A program made the translations under genes and the position numbers. DNA of 64,000 nt from Mobula hypostoma (taxonomy: Eukaryota). The notes below the pieces were generated by a model. The model had not been told where the DNA came from and did no database searches. It saw nothing but the letters and a program-made list of their open reading frames with translations. Below are positions 25,391 to 38,829 of the stretch, piece by piece (within the stretch, counting starts at the first letter, position 1; each line of letters starts with the position of its first letter). The stretch spans positions 114,020,001 to 114,084,000 of the forward strand of contig NC_086108.1 of the NCBI RefSeq assembly GCF_963921235.1, in the 5' to 3' direction.

Positions 25391-25875
25391 TGCATGAATG
25401 GCACACATAACACCACCATGACATACATGTGAACATACGACACATACGTTTTCCTTTCAATTCGTTTTATATTTTGGAGTTACAAATCATAATATAGACC
25501 TCAACAATGTCTTAAACAACTTCAAGGTAACATCTCTCCTCTCATTTCTTCCCTTCCTGCCACCCAGACTCCCTCTGGGATTCACCTACACTTATTCCAA
25601 TCGAGTGTCCTGAATTGTGAGTGTGCACTGGGGTCTCCTCTGTCAGACACAGATTAGAATTGGTCATTTGGTTTATTATTGTGACTCCAGCCTCTCCAGC
25701 ATCGAGGACATGTCGAAAGATGATGGCTCAAGCAGGCAAAAAGGAGCCTGAGCCACACACTTACTGTTTCAGGAACAGCTCCTTCCCTTCCTGCATCAGA
25801 TTTCTGAATGGACAATGAATCCATGAACATTACCTCACTACTTTAACAGTTGTTCTCTTTTTGTACTACTTACTG

Positions 25876-25883
<8 letters not shown>

Positions 25884-25907
<24 letters not shown>
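25884..25907. repeat. (TA)n microsatellite
   Basis: Direct observation. Confidence 0.9.
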
Positions 25908-26249
25908 GCTTATTGTGATTCATAGGTTTTTAAATTATGTATGCAACATATTGCCTCTGGAAAACAAATTTCACAATATATACCAGTGATGTTAAACCAG
26001 ATTCCGATTCTCTATCAAGGTACAGTGTAAAGCCTACCTTACCTTTCATACAGGTCAAATCATACGGTGCATTAAGGTAGAACAAGGTAATTACAGAATG
26101 CAGAATAAAACATAAAAAACAGAGAAAGTGCAGTGCTGGCAGACAATAAGGTGCGAGATCATAATGAGGTAGATTGTGAGGTCAAGAACCCACCTTATTG
26201 TACTAGGGAACCATTTAATAGTCACTTCTATCTTCTGCCTGATAGGTGG

Positions 26250-27355
26250 ACAAAAAAGAATGTCCAGGGTGAGTCTAGAGTTTGAAGCCTGGAGATCATG
26301 GTCCCATCATTGGCACATTCTGCAGTCAATATCAAAGGTCGATCGGAAGTACAAGTCAAATAACAGCCAAAGCTCTGGGCTGACAAATCTGAGATTGCAC
26401 TGGGGAAGACAGAGGCCTATTCTTCATGTTACATGTCAGTGATTTGGATGACAGAAATGATGACTTTGTGGCCAAGGTTACAGATGATGCAAAGATACAT
26501 AGAGGGGCAGGGAGTCTGAAGAAAAACTGAAGATGTTAGGAGAATGGGCAAAGAAGCAGCAGGTAGAATAGTGTCGGGAAGTGTATGAACATGCACTTTG
26601 TAGAAGGAATAAAGGCATAGATCATTTTCTAAATGGGGAGATAATTCAGAAATCAGAGATGCAAAGGGACTTGGGAGTCCTCCTGCAGATTTCCCTAAAG
26701 GTTAACTTGCAGGTTGAGTCTATGGAGAGGAAGCCAAATACAATGTTAGCATTCATTTTAAGATGACTAGAACATAAAAGCAAAGGTGTAATGCTAAGGC
26801 TTTAGGAGCTGTTGATCAGATTGCACTTGACATATTGTGAGCAGTTTTGGGCCTCATCCAAGAAAAGATATGCTGGCATTGCGAAGAATCCAAAGGAAGC
26901 TCACAAGAATGACAGGGTTGATGTATGAGGAATGTTTGATGGGTCTGAGCCTGTACTCACAGGAGTTTAGAAGAATGAGGGGGGATCTCAATGAAACCCA
27001 TTTAATTTCAAAAGGCCTATATAGAGTGGACATGTAGAGGATGTTTCCTTTCATGGGGGAGTTTTGGACTAGAGGACATACCCTCAGAATAGAAGGACAT
27101 CCCTTTAGAACCGAGGTGAAGAGGAATTTCTTTAGCCAGATGGTTGTGGAGGCCAAGTCATTGGGTATATTTAAAGCGGTGGGTAGGTTCTTGATTAAGC
27201 GTTTCAAAGCATATGGGGGGGGGTGGAGATGGGGATGAAGGGGGGCCAAGGCAAAAGAATAGGGTGAGAGGTAAAAGAAATCAGCCATGATGAATGGCAG
27301 AGGAGCCTTGATAAGCTGAATGGCCTAAATCTGCTCCTATGTCTTACGGTCTTAA
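26250..27355 (+). mobile_element. Decayed CR1 3' fragment
   Basis: YSQEFRRMRGDL; cagccatga...ctgctcctatgtctt tail. Confidence 0.8.
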
Positions 27356-27446
27356 GTGCACACTTTGCTGAAAGTGGCATCTCAGGTAGTATATTTGTGT
27401 GTGGGTTATTAGGTAGGTGGGATGGAGAAATGAGCTTCTTTTTCTG

Positions 27447-28460
27447 TTAACACACATAAAAGTTGCTGGTGAACACAGCAGGCCAGGCAGCATCTCTAGG
27501 AAGAAGTACAGTTGACGTTTTAGGCCAGGACCCTTCGTCAGGACTAACTGAAGGAAGAGTTAATGAGAGATTTGAAAATGGGACGGGGAGGGAGAGATCC
27601 GAAATGATAGAAGACAGGAGGAGGAGGGATGGAGCCAAGAGCTGGACAGGTGATTGGCAAAAGGGAGGATCATGGGACAGGAGGCCCGGGGAGAAAGAAG
27701 GGGGGGGAGGGAAGCCCAGAGGATAGGCAAGGAATATAGTGAGAGGGACAGAGGGAGAAAAAGAATACACACATATATATAATAAATAAATAACGGATGG
27801 GGTACGAGAGGGAGGTGGGGCATTAACGTAAGTTAGAGAAGTCAATGTTCATGCCATCAGGTTGGAGGCAACCCAGAGAGAATATAAGGTGTTGTTCCTC
27901 CAACCTGAGTGTGGCTTCATCTTTACAGTAGAGGAGGCCGTGGATAGACATGTCAGAATGGGAATGGTACGTGGAATTAAAATGTGTGGCCACTGGGAGA
28001 TCCTGTTTTCTCTGGCGGACAGAGCGTAGGTGTTCAGCGAAACGATCTCCCAGTCTGCGTCGGGTCTCGCCAATATATAGAAGGCCACATCAGGAGCTCC
28101 GGACGCAGTATATCACCCCAGTCGACTTACAGGTGAAGTGTCGCCTCACCTGGAAGGACTGTCTGGGGCCCTGAATGGTAGTGAGGGAGGAAGTGTAAGG
28201 GCATATGTAGCACTTGTTCCGCTTACAAGGATAAGTGCCAGGAGGGAGATCAGTGGGGAGGGATGGGGAGGGCGAATTGACAAGGGAGTCGCGTAGGGAG
28301 CGATCCCTGTGGAAAGCGGGGGGGGGGGAAGGGAAAGATGTGTTAGACTCGCTATCACAGCCATATATCCTTTCTTGGACATCTTTCCCTCTCCCCCACC
28401 CACCCACCCCCCGCTTTCCGCAGGGATCGCACCCTACACGGCTCCCTTGTCCATCTGTGC
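27447..28460 (-). mobile_element. Penelope-like element 3' part (GIY-YIG remnant + hammerhead-bearing tail)
   Basis: PGTYPCKRNKCYICPYT...RHFTCKSTGVIYCVR; tail shared with other copies. Confidence 0.85.
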
Positions 28461-28734
28461 TCTCTTTTTGCTCTCCAGGTCACCATGGGCTGGTGGTGGA
28501 GGCTGTTGCCATAAAAAGAGAAAGCAGTGGAGGTGTGCTGCAGTAAAGAGGGCCCAGGAGCACATACTAGATAAGCATTTAGACCATGTGTTCAGTGTCC
28601 GTTTTGTCCTGCCACCTCAGGCGCACAATTTACAAACGTTTGTAGATAAGTATTTGCAACCGAGTGTAACTTGAAGGGTTACTGAATATTTAGTGCCTGT
28701 CTTGTCCTGTAAGTAGTTAGCGTACTTTATTTAA

Positions 28735-29305
28735 CTGAGCCTTTATAAGACACTAGTCAGGCTGCACTTGGAGTATTTTCATATCTCAGAAAGGATGTGT
28801 CGTCATTGGAGAGAGTCCAGAGGAGGTTCATGAAGATGATTCCAGGAATGAAGGGGTTAACATATGCGGAATGTTTGGCAGCTTTGGGCCTGTACTCACT
28901 GGAATTTAGAAGAATGCAGGGGGATCTCATTAAAACCTACCGAATGTTGAAAGGACTAGACAGGGTGGATGTGAAGAGGAGGTTTCCTGTGGTGGGGATG
29001 TCCAGAATTAGAGGGTACAGTCTCAAAGTTGAAGGGGTGATCTTTTAGAACAGAGGTAAGGAGTAATTGTTTTAGTCAGAGTAGTGAATCTGTGGAATAC
29101 TCTGCCACAGACTGCGGAGGAGGCCAAGTCCGTGGGTATATTTAAGGCAGAAGTTGATCGTTTTCTGATTGGTCAGGGCATCAAAGGATACGGCGAGAAG
29201 ACAGGTATATAGGGCTGAGTGAGATCCGAGATCAGCCATGATGGAATAGCGCAGCAGAGGCTATGGGCTGAATGGCCTAATTCTGCTCCTATGTCTTATG
29301 TTCTC
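28735..29305 (+). mobile_element. CR1 3' fragment
   Basis: LERVQRRFMKMIPGMKGL. Confidence 0.85.
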
Positions 29306-29446
29306 ACTAGTAGTCCCCAGATATCGCACCCTGCAAATCTGATTTCACACAACAGCTGGCACTGGGCCTGGGGTGCAGTGACAATGGTTAGGCCACGCTC
29401 GACAAGTGGAGGAGACAAAGTTATATCCAATACCAGTTTTTGGAGG

Positions 29447-29452
29447 TTTATT
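29447..29452 (-). terminator. Probable ACADM polyadenylation signal AATAAA
   Basis: tttatt on the + strand, ~300 bp past the stop codon, within non-repetitive sequence. Confidence 0.55.
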
Positions 29453-29754
29453 TTTTTAAAATAATCATTAGTTTGTTCTGTTCTACATACATCTGTTTGT
29501 CTCGTTCCACATCAGGTTTTTCCCCAAATTTCATAGTTCCAAAGTGCAATACCTACTGACACCATCCAAAACAAGGCACTTGCTAACAGACACAAAGCAA
29601 GGCTAATGCTTAATAAAACTTTGATCGGGAGGCAATGGGCTAAACTTTTCCTGCACAAAAAATTGGAAGAATAAAGGTTGTGAGGTGTTGAAATTGCATA
29701 GTTGAGCACTGAACCAGGGTGCAGTCACATTACATTCCTTGGGCTGACTCCAAC

Positions 29755-29826
29755 TCATTGTTGAAACTTCTCAATATGCTCCCGGGCAATGATTAGCCTC
29801 TGGATTTGAGCCGTGCCTTCATATAT
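29755..29826 (-). CDS. ACADM: ACADM last coding exon 12 (IYEGTAQIQRLIIAREHIEKFQQ*)
   Basis: 72 bp including TGA; ttttacag acceptor. IYEGT carries the MCAD catalytic glutamate. Confidence 0.96.
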   Translation of the reverse strand: MYEGTAQIQRLIIAREHIEKFQQ

Positions 29827-30254
29827 CTGTAAAAGAAATCACAAGCCGAATGATTTATGGTGAAACTAGTAACTCGTCAGAAACACAAGAGATTCTGAAG
29901 ACGTTGGAAATCCAGAGTAACACACACAAAATGCTGGAGGAACTCGGCAGGTCAGGCAGCATCTATGGAGGGGAATAAAGAGTGGATGTTTCAGTTCTGA
30001 TTGAATGGTCTCAGCTTGAAACATCGCCTGCTTATTTCCCTGAATAGATGCTGCCCGACCTAGTGAGTTTCACCAGCATTTTAGACCACAAGACTATAAA
30101 GACATAGGAGCAGAATTAGGCCCTTCAGCCCATCTAACCCACTCCAACTTGTGTGGGTTAACCTGTCATCGAACTGTTATGAAATCAAAATGGTTTGGCA
30201 TCTGGTCCACCAGATGACATTTGCTACACCCACACCTGGCCCCATCTCTCCTCA

Positions 30255-31740
30255 AACCCAGAGGACATTTGACAAGGTGCTGTACCTGAGGTTGCTTACA
30301 TATCCAATTAGAACATGGTGTAACAGGAAAGACACCAACATGGGTACAACACTGGCTGATTTGCAGGAGGCAAAGAGAGGGAAGAAAGCGAGCCTTTCCT
30401 AGTTGGCTGCCAGTTACTAGTGGTGTTCCATGGGGGTCTGTGTCGGGACCGCTTCTTTTTATATTATATGTCAATGACTTGGATGCCGGAATTGATGGCT
30501 TTGTAGCAAAGTTTGCGAATGATATCGAGAAAAGTAGAGGGGTAGGTAGCTTTGAAGAAATAAGGAAGCTACAGAAGAATTTAGACAGATGAGGAGAGTG
30601 GGCAAAGAACTCACAGATGGAATACCGTGCCAGGAAGTGTATGGTCATGCACTTTGGTAGAAGAAATAAAAGTGCAGATTATATTCTGAATAGACAGAAA
30701 ATTCAAAAGTCTGACGTGCAAAGGGACTTAAGACTCCTCAAGCAGAATTTCCTAAAGGTTAATTTGTAGGTAGCCCAATCACAAACAGATGCTGAAAATT
30801 CAAGCAACACACACAAAATGCTAGAGGAACTATGGAAAAGAGTAAACAATCTCCCTTCTCTTTCTTCCATGGTCTTCTGTCCTCTCCTATCAGATTTGCC
30901 CTTCTTCAGCCCTTTATCTCTCACTAATTGACTTCCCAGCTCTCAACTTCAACCTTCCCCTCTCAGTTTCACCAATCACCTAATAACCTGTATTTCTTCC
31001 ACCCCTCCCCCACCTTTTTGCTCTGTCTCATCTTTTTCCTTCAGTCCTGATGAAGGGTCTTGGCCCGAAACGTTAACTGCCTTCTCTTTTCCATAGATGC
31101 TTCCTGGCCTGCTGAGTTCCTCCAGCATTTTGTGTACATTGGTTGTAATTTGCAGGTAGAGTCAGTGCAAGGAAGGCAAACGCAATGTTAATATTCATTT
31201 TGAGAGGACTAGAATATAAAAGCAAGGATGTAATGTTGAGGCTTTATAAAGCACTAGTGAGGTCTCACTTGGGGTTTGAGAGCAGTTTTGGGCCCCTCAT
31301 TTAAGAAAGGATGTGCAGACATTGGAGAGGGTTCAGAGGAGGTTCATGAGAATGATTCGTGGAATGAAAAGGTTAAGGTGTGAGGACTGATTGATGACTC
31401 TGGGCCTGTACTCACTGGAATTTAGAAGAATGGGGGGGCGGGGATCTCACTGAAACCTATCGAATGGTGAAAGGATAGCGGGAATGGAAATGGAGAGGAA
31501 TTTCTTTAACCAGAGGATGATGCATCTGTGGAATTCTTTGTCACAGGTGGCTGTGGAGGCCAAGTCATTGGGGTTATTTAAGGCAGAGGTTGATAAATTC
31601 TTGATTAGTCCGAGCATGGAGGGATACAGGGAGAAGGCATGAAATTGGCGCTGCGAGGAAAATGGATCAGCCATGATGAAATGGCGAAACAGACTTGATG
31701 GGCCAAATGGCCTAATTCTGCCCCTATACCTTATGATCTC
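30255..31740 (+). mobile_element. CR1 fragment interrupted by a Penelope-derived fold-back (30780-31145)
   Basis: CR1 sequence 'ggttaatttgtaggtag' resumes at 31143 as 'gtaatttgcaggtag'. Confidence 0.8.
31042..31079 (+). ncRNA. Minimal hammerhead ribozyme motif
   Basis: cagtc CTGATGA agggt-cttg-gccc GAAAC GTT aactg. Confidence 0.65.
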
Positions 31741-33344
31741 ATCACACATGAAGCGCTAGCAGCATTATACTGTTTAAACTTGTCATAAATGCACATTATT
31801 TGTTAATTTATTTGTGGTAATATTACTTTGTGTTATGTGAGTTATATGTACGGTGATGTGCATCTTGGTCTGGATGAACATTGTTTCGTTTCGTGGTATA
31901 CATGCATATGGTTGAATGACAATAAACTGAGCTTGAGTTTGAGAAATCAAAGTTGTACGATTGTACAGTTGGTTGGGGAGGTCACACCTGGATGGAACAC
32001 TATGCACAGTTTTGGTGCCTTTGTTTAGGATCGGATTTTCTGGTGTTGGAGTGACGGTAGGGCTGAAGAAGAGTCAAGCAGCTTGAAGAGAACCTCCAAC
32101 AAAGAATGAGTAGTCCCCAGCTACAGGACAGTGATTCATTGCTGGATTCACACTAAATTTCTATAGATGCACAGTAGAGTGTATCTGAACTGGTTGCATC
32201 CTGCCCTGGTATGGAAACACCAATGCCCAGGAAAGGAAAACCCTGCAGAAAGTGGGGGATACAGCCCAGACCATCACAGGCAAAGCTCTCCCCACCACTG
32301 ACCATTTTACAAAAGATCGTTGCTACAAGAAAGCAGCACCTATCATTATGAACTCCCACCATCCAGACCATACCCTCTTCTGGTTACAACCAGGAGGCAC
32401 CGGAACCTCAGGTCCCACCACATTGCCTTCAACCATCAGGCTTCTGAACTGGCATTGATAACTTCACTCACCACAAATCTGAACTGATTTACAACCTATT
32501 GATTCACTTTCAAGGACTCTTTACAACTATGTTCTCAAAATTGTTTTTGTTTACAGAGCTTGTCTTCATTTGTACATTGGTGTTTGTCAGTCCTTGCTTG
32601 TCTAGGTATAAATCTTTGGAAATGCCATTTCAAATTCCTGGGTGACAAGATCTCTGAAGATCTATCCTAGGCCCAACATATCGATGCAGCTACAAAGAAG
32701 GCACAACAATGGCTATATTTCATTAGGAGTGTGGGGAGAAGTGGTATGTCACCAAAGACTCCCGCAAATTTCTGCAGATGTACTGAGGATGTCCTGTGAT
32801 AATGAATCTGTGGAATTCATTGACCCAGAAGGCTGTGGAGACCAAGTCATTGAGTATATACGAAACAGAGGTTGGTAGATTCTTAATTAGTCAGGATGTC
32901 AGAAGATTGTGGGGAGAAAGCAGGGCTGAAAGGGATAATAAATTCGCCATGATGGAATAGCGGAGCAGACTCCATGGATAGAATGGTCTAACTCTGTTTC
33001 TGTGTCTTTGTAGAGCATTCTAATTGGTCGTATCACCGTCTGGCATGGAGGGAGTCACTGAACAGGATCAGAAGGCAGCTGCAGAAAATTGTAAACTCAA
33101 CCGTCTCCATCATGGGCACATACCTCCTCAGTATCAAGGACACCTTCAAAGGTGATGCCTCAAAAAGGTGGCATCCATTATTAAAGACCCCATCGCCCAG
33201 GAAATACCCACTTCTCATTACCAACATGAAGGAGAAGGTACAAGAGCCTGAAGACACACACAACGTTTCAGGAACAGCTTCTTCCGCTCAGCCATCAGAT
33301 TTCTGAATGGAGGATGTATGTATCCAAGTACACTACCTCAGTAT

Positions 33345-34600
33345 TTGTGCAGATACCAGAAATCCAAAGCAACACACCCAAAATGCTGGAGGAATTCAGC
33401 AGGTCAGGTAGCAACTACCAGCTGAAACCCTTTATCAGGACTGGAAAGAGGAAAACACCAGAATAAAAAAAAGTGAAGGGGAAGGGGAAAGGAGGTGATA
33501 GGTGAAGACAGATATGTGGAAAAGGCTGGAGAAGAAGGAATCTGATAGTGGACCACTGAAGAAAGGGATGATGCGACTACTTAGCTCCTGAGGGTGGCCT
33601 CACCATGGAGCAAAGAGGGGGCCATGGTCAGACATGTCAGAACAGGAATGGGCCACAGGGAAATTACACTTTTTGCAAATGAAGTGGTGGTGCTCAACAA
33701 AAAAGTCCCTCAATTTATACTGGATCTCACCAATGTAGAGGAGGCCACATTGGGAGCACCAGACACAAGAAACGACTCCAGCAGATTCACAGGTGAAACG
33801 GTGCATCACATGGAAGGACTTTTTGGAGTCCTCAGTAGAGGTGAGGGAGGTGGTGAATGGGCAGGCGTAGCATTTCTGTCACTTGAAAGGAAGTGTACCA
33901 GGAAGGAGATTAGATTAGTGGGGAGGGGTGAACGAACAAGGAAATCATTGAGGGAGCGGAGCATTGGGGGAGGCAAGAACGTGTTTGGTGGTAGAATCAC
34001 GTTGAAGGTGTAAGTTGTGGAGAATGATTGGAATGTGGAGCTCATAGGATGGCAAGTGAGGAAAGGAGCAGCTGTAAAGGCAGTGGTAAGATGAAGTGAG
34101 CACAGATGTTCAGGAAGCGTTGGATATGTGGGTGAGGGCAGCATCAATGGTGGAGGAAGGAAAACCCCTGATCTTTGAAAAAGGATGATATCTCAGATGT
34201 CCTGAAATGAAAAGCCTTATCCTGGGAACAGATGTGGTTGAGATGAAGGATCTGAGAAAAAGGAATAGTATTTTTACAGGAGATAAGGTGGGAAGAGATA
34301 TAGTTGAGATAATCATGGGAATCAGTAGGTTTATAAAGATGTTGGCTGACAGTTTGTCTCCAGAGATGGAGACAGAGAGATCGAGAAAGGGGAGAGAGGT
34401 GTCAGAAATGGACCAAATGAATTTAAGGGCGGGGTAAAAGTTAGAGGCAAAATTAATGAAATTGACGTGCTCAGTATAGATGCATGAAGCAACAGCAATG
34501 CAGTTGTCAATGTAGCGCAATAGAGCTGAAAGCATTGCCAGGGAAGGCTTGCCTCACAGACTGTTCTGAAAAGGCCGGCATAGCTGTGGTTCATGCAGGT
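33345..34600 (-). mobile_element. Penelope-like element, decayed RT/GIY-YIG
   Basis: LRYIDNC...LKFIWSISDTSLPFLD; FTCESAGVVSCVWCSQCGLLYIGE. Confidence 0.8.
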
Positions 34601-34609
34601 GCCTTGTTA

Positions 34610-35275
34610 ACTTGCAGGTACAACAGGTTATTAAAGCGGCAAATGGAATTGCTAGAGGGATTGAATTCAAGAGCAGTTAGATCATGCTGCAACTACTGTA
34701 TACAGGGTACTGGTGAGGCCACAACAGTGTGCAGTTCTGGTCTCCATACTTGAGGAAGGATATACTGGCTTTGGAGGCAGTGCAGAGGAGGCTCACCAGG
34801 TTGATTCCAGAGATGAAGGGGTTAACCTATGAGGAGATATTGAGTCACCTGGGACTATGCTCTCTGGAATTCAGAAGAATGAGAGGGGATCTTATAGAAA
34901 CATACAAAATTTTGAAAGGGATAGATAAGATAGTAGGAAAGTTGTTTCCATTGGTAGGTGAGACTAGAACTAGGGGACATTGCCTCAAGATTCAGGGGAG
35001 AAGATTTAGGACAGAGATGAGAAGAAACTGTTTTTCCCAGAGAGGGGTGAATCTGTGGAATTCTCTGCCCAGGGAAGCAGTTGAGGCTTCTTCACTAAAT
35101 ATATTTAAGATACAGTTAGATAGGTTTTTACATAGTAGGGGAATTAAGGGTTATGGAGAAAAGGCAGGTAGATGGAGCTGAGTTTACGGACAGATCAGCC
35201 ATGATCTTATTGAATGGCGGGGCAGGCTCGATGGGCCGGATGCCCTACTCTTGCTCCTATTTCTTATGTTCTTTT
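34610..35275 (+). mobile_element. CR1 3' fragment
   Basis: ORF 34729..35181. Confidence 0.88.
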
Positions 35276-38200
35276 GTGCCCATGGCTACCCCTTGAGTTT
35301 GGAGAAAGTGGAAAGAACCCAAGGAGAAACTGACAAAGGTGATGACCAGTTCTGCCAGATGGTGGAGGGCGGTAGCTGAGGGGAACTGGTTGGTCAGTTA
35401 TACACACACACGTACAGTGCTATGCAAAATTCACACTATATATGAGCACTTAAGACTTTTGCACAGTACTGTAGTAATTTTATATACTGCACTGTACTGC
35501 TACCTCAAAAAAAACAAATTTCATGACATACGTGAGTGATGATAAACCTGATTCTGATACGGGTCTCTATTGTGGACTGAGGGTGGGAAGGGCGCAGGGA
35601 GAGGGGAATCATGGTTGGGAAAAGGGGAAGGGAGAGGGGAGGGAGTGGGAAGCACCAGAGAGACATTCTGTAGTGATCAATAAGCTAATTGTTTGGAATC
35701 AAGTGACTTGCCTGCTGTCTCAGGGCTGGGTGTGTCTGCACCCTTGTCACCCCCGACTCCTCGCACTCCTTCTCTGTCACCTATTCTACGCTCCTCCCAC
35801 AACGCTCCAACTTTGCCATTCCCCACATCCTTTGTTCCTGACGGATTTACAAACTCGCTCTCCGTTCCAAGCTGACAAATACAGTACTGTGCTATATATA
35901 CTGTACGTGCTTAAAACTTTTGCACAGTAATATATGTCACCATATATCACCTAATATTCATTTCTTTGTGGGCATTTACAGAACAGAAATACAACTGAAT
36001 CAATAAAAACTACAAAGACTGACAAGCAACCAATGTTTTTTTGTGGCAGCAGTACAGTACAATACATAAAATTACTACAGGACTGTAGGGGTGGAAATAT
36101 GTCTCTGCCAAAGGAGGTGTAAGACGCCCTTTCCTTTCGTTAGCCTGCAGGTCACCCTGGGGCAAGGTGTAGCACCTGCTCAGCCCCCCGATCAGGGTCA
36201 TGTGAAGCCATGCGAGCAGCCGGTGCACATCACAAGTGCTGGTTATGCGCCCACTGATATCAGACTGTTCTTCGGTGAACTACAGAAAGGAAAACGTTCC
36301 CAGAGAGGCCAGATGAAATCAGAATCAGATTTATTATCACCGAAATGTGTTGTGAAATTTGTTAACTTAGCAGCAGTACAATAATTTAGAAAAAAATAAA
36401 TCAATTAAAGTATATGTATATTAATTAGTTAGAATAAAACAGTACAAAACAGAAATAATATATATAAAAAAGTGAGGTAGTGTTCATGGGCTCAATGCCC
36501 ATTTAGCAATTGGATGGCAGAGGAGCAGAAGCTGACTGTGTGCCTTAAGGCTTCTCTACCTCCTTGCTAATGAGAACAATGAGAAGGTGGCATGTCCTTG
36601 GCAGACAGTCTCTGAAGAGTATTGATAATGGCTGGGCTCACCCATCATGTGATGATGCTGCCCTGAAGGCGGCAATGGCAAACCACTTTCTTGGAAAATT
36701 TTGCCAAGAATAATAGTCATGAAAAGACCATGATCGCCTGTATCACAACACGGCACCTAACGAACGAATTGTGCGTGTATGTGCTAATGTACCATTGTAA
36801 TTTATAGATTTTTATTATGTATTGTAACGTACTGCTGTTGCAAAACATTTCATAACATATTTAATAATAGACCTGATTCTAACTTTTTTACCCCCCGTGA
36901 GTACCTGCAGGAAAAAAAAAATCCAGGGTTGTATATGCCAAGATATACATAGCTTGATAATGAACTTATTTGAACTCTAAACTTCTCAAATGCCACAGTA
37001 ATGTGTCTGAGAGATTTCTCATTCTCTGTCAGTGCTCATGACGTTCCTGCCTGTTTGTCTCCTGTGATGAAAGCCTTCAAGATCAATCACTGATGCGTTT
37101 CCCACAGTGACTTGTCACTGAAACACTGAGACTGTGTCCACTGAATGGTGATTCATCACACAACTAGCCAGTATGAAACAACTGAGCCCCAGGCGTTTTG
37201 TGGCGAGTGTACTTTTCTTCTGTTGGTTGAAAGGATATTTTACTTCTTATTGCACAGTCTTCAGTGTCCAAACACATTGTGTCCGATAGACACAGAGAAT
37301 GCATATAGATATAGAGCACCAGAGTAAAGAAACAGGTCCTTCTGCCCATCTAGTCCATGCTGGGGCATAGGCCATGGAAGCCAACTTGCCAGAGCTTCCA
37401 CTGGTGGTTCTGCAAGAAACAGGATGGAGTTGTTCGCCCTGTGCCCAACCCTCCTCCTCTCACAGCTGGGCCTGAGACCAACCATTCATTTAGTTTGTGC
37501 CAAACCGCTCTTCCGCCAAGACCCATCGACCAGCACCTGGATACCCCCCCAATATATGCGCCTATCCAAACTTCTCTGACATGTTCAAATCAAACCCACA
37601 TCCTGCACTTCCACTGGCAACTCGTTCCACACTCTCATGTTCCCCTTAAACATTTCCCCTTTCACCCTTAACCCAAGATCTCTAGTTCTATTCTCACCAA
37701 TTCTCAGTGGAAAAAAACCTGCTTGCATTTACCCTATCGATAACCCTCATAATTTTGTTTCCCTGTATCAAATCTCCTCTCAATCTTTTATGTTCTAGGG
37801 AATTAAAATCCTAACCTATTCAATTTTTCTCTATAACTCAGGTCATCAAGTCATGCCAGTAGCTTTATACAGTTCACCGGAACTTGTGTCATATGCACAT
37901 TTCATTATTTCTGAATTTATTTGTGGAATTATTACTGTATGTTATGTGTGAGTTATATGTACTGTGTTGTGCACCTTGGTCCACCGGATGTTGTTTTGTT
38001 CGGTGGTATACATGTGTACGGTTGAAATGACAGTAAACTGAATTTGAACTTGAGTGAAGTTATCTATGATGGTTCAGGAGTCTGATGGTTGCAGGGTAAC
38101 GACTGTCCCTGAATCCGGTAGTGTAGGAATCAAGATCCTGTAGGTGGTGTGGGACCTGCCCGATGGTGGATGGTGGGGTGGTGGGGGTCCTTGATGATGG

Positions 38201-38829
38201 ATGCTGCTTTCCTGTGCTCAATGCTGGTAATGGCTTTGCCTGTGATGAACTATATCTATTTTTTGTCGACTTTTACATTCCTGGATTTTGGGGTTTCCAT
38301 AGCAGGCCATGATGCAACCACTGTTCATCCAAGGAGGTTTGTCAAAGATCTTGGAAACACGCCAAAACTACACAATTGTCGAAGAAAGTAGAGATGCTAT
38401 AGAAAGATCAATAAGGGTGACTGCACACACTTCAAACACTCTCTACCACTGTTACGTCAGGAGATGTGGTACCCAGTGTACACAGCACTGTCACGAAAAC
38501 AAGAGAATTAACCTGACTTTCCCCAAACTCCAACATGGGACGTGCCCTCTTCTCATTATCAAGGAGGTGGTACAGGATTCTGAAGACACACACAATGTTT
38601 TAAGAACAACTTCTTCCTCTCCATCATTAGATTTCTGAACAGACAATTAACTCATCTGCACCACCTCACTAATTTTTACACTCATTTTTCATAAATATTT
38701 CATGTTGTAACTTAAAATAATTTTTTATGATTACAAGAGATTCTGCAGATGCCGGAAATCCAGAGAACACAAAATGCAGGAGCTCAGCTTGAAGAGTCTT
38801 GGGCATTCTCCATCAATGTTGCCTGTCTG

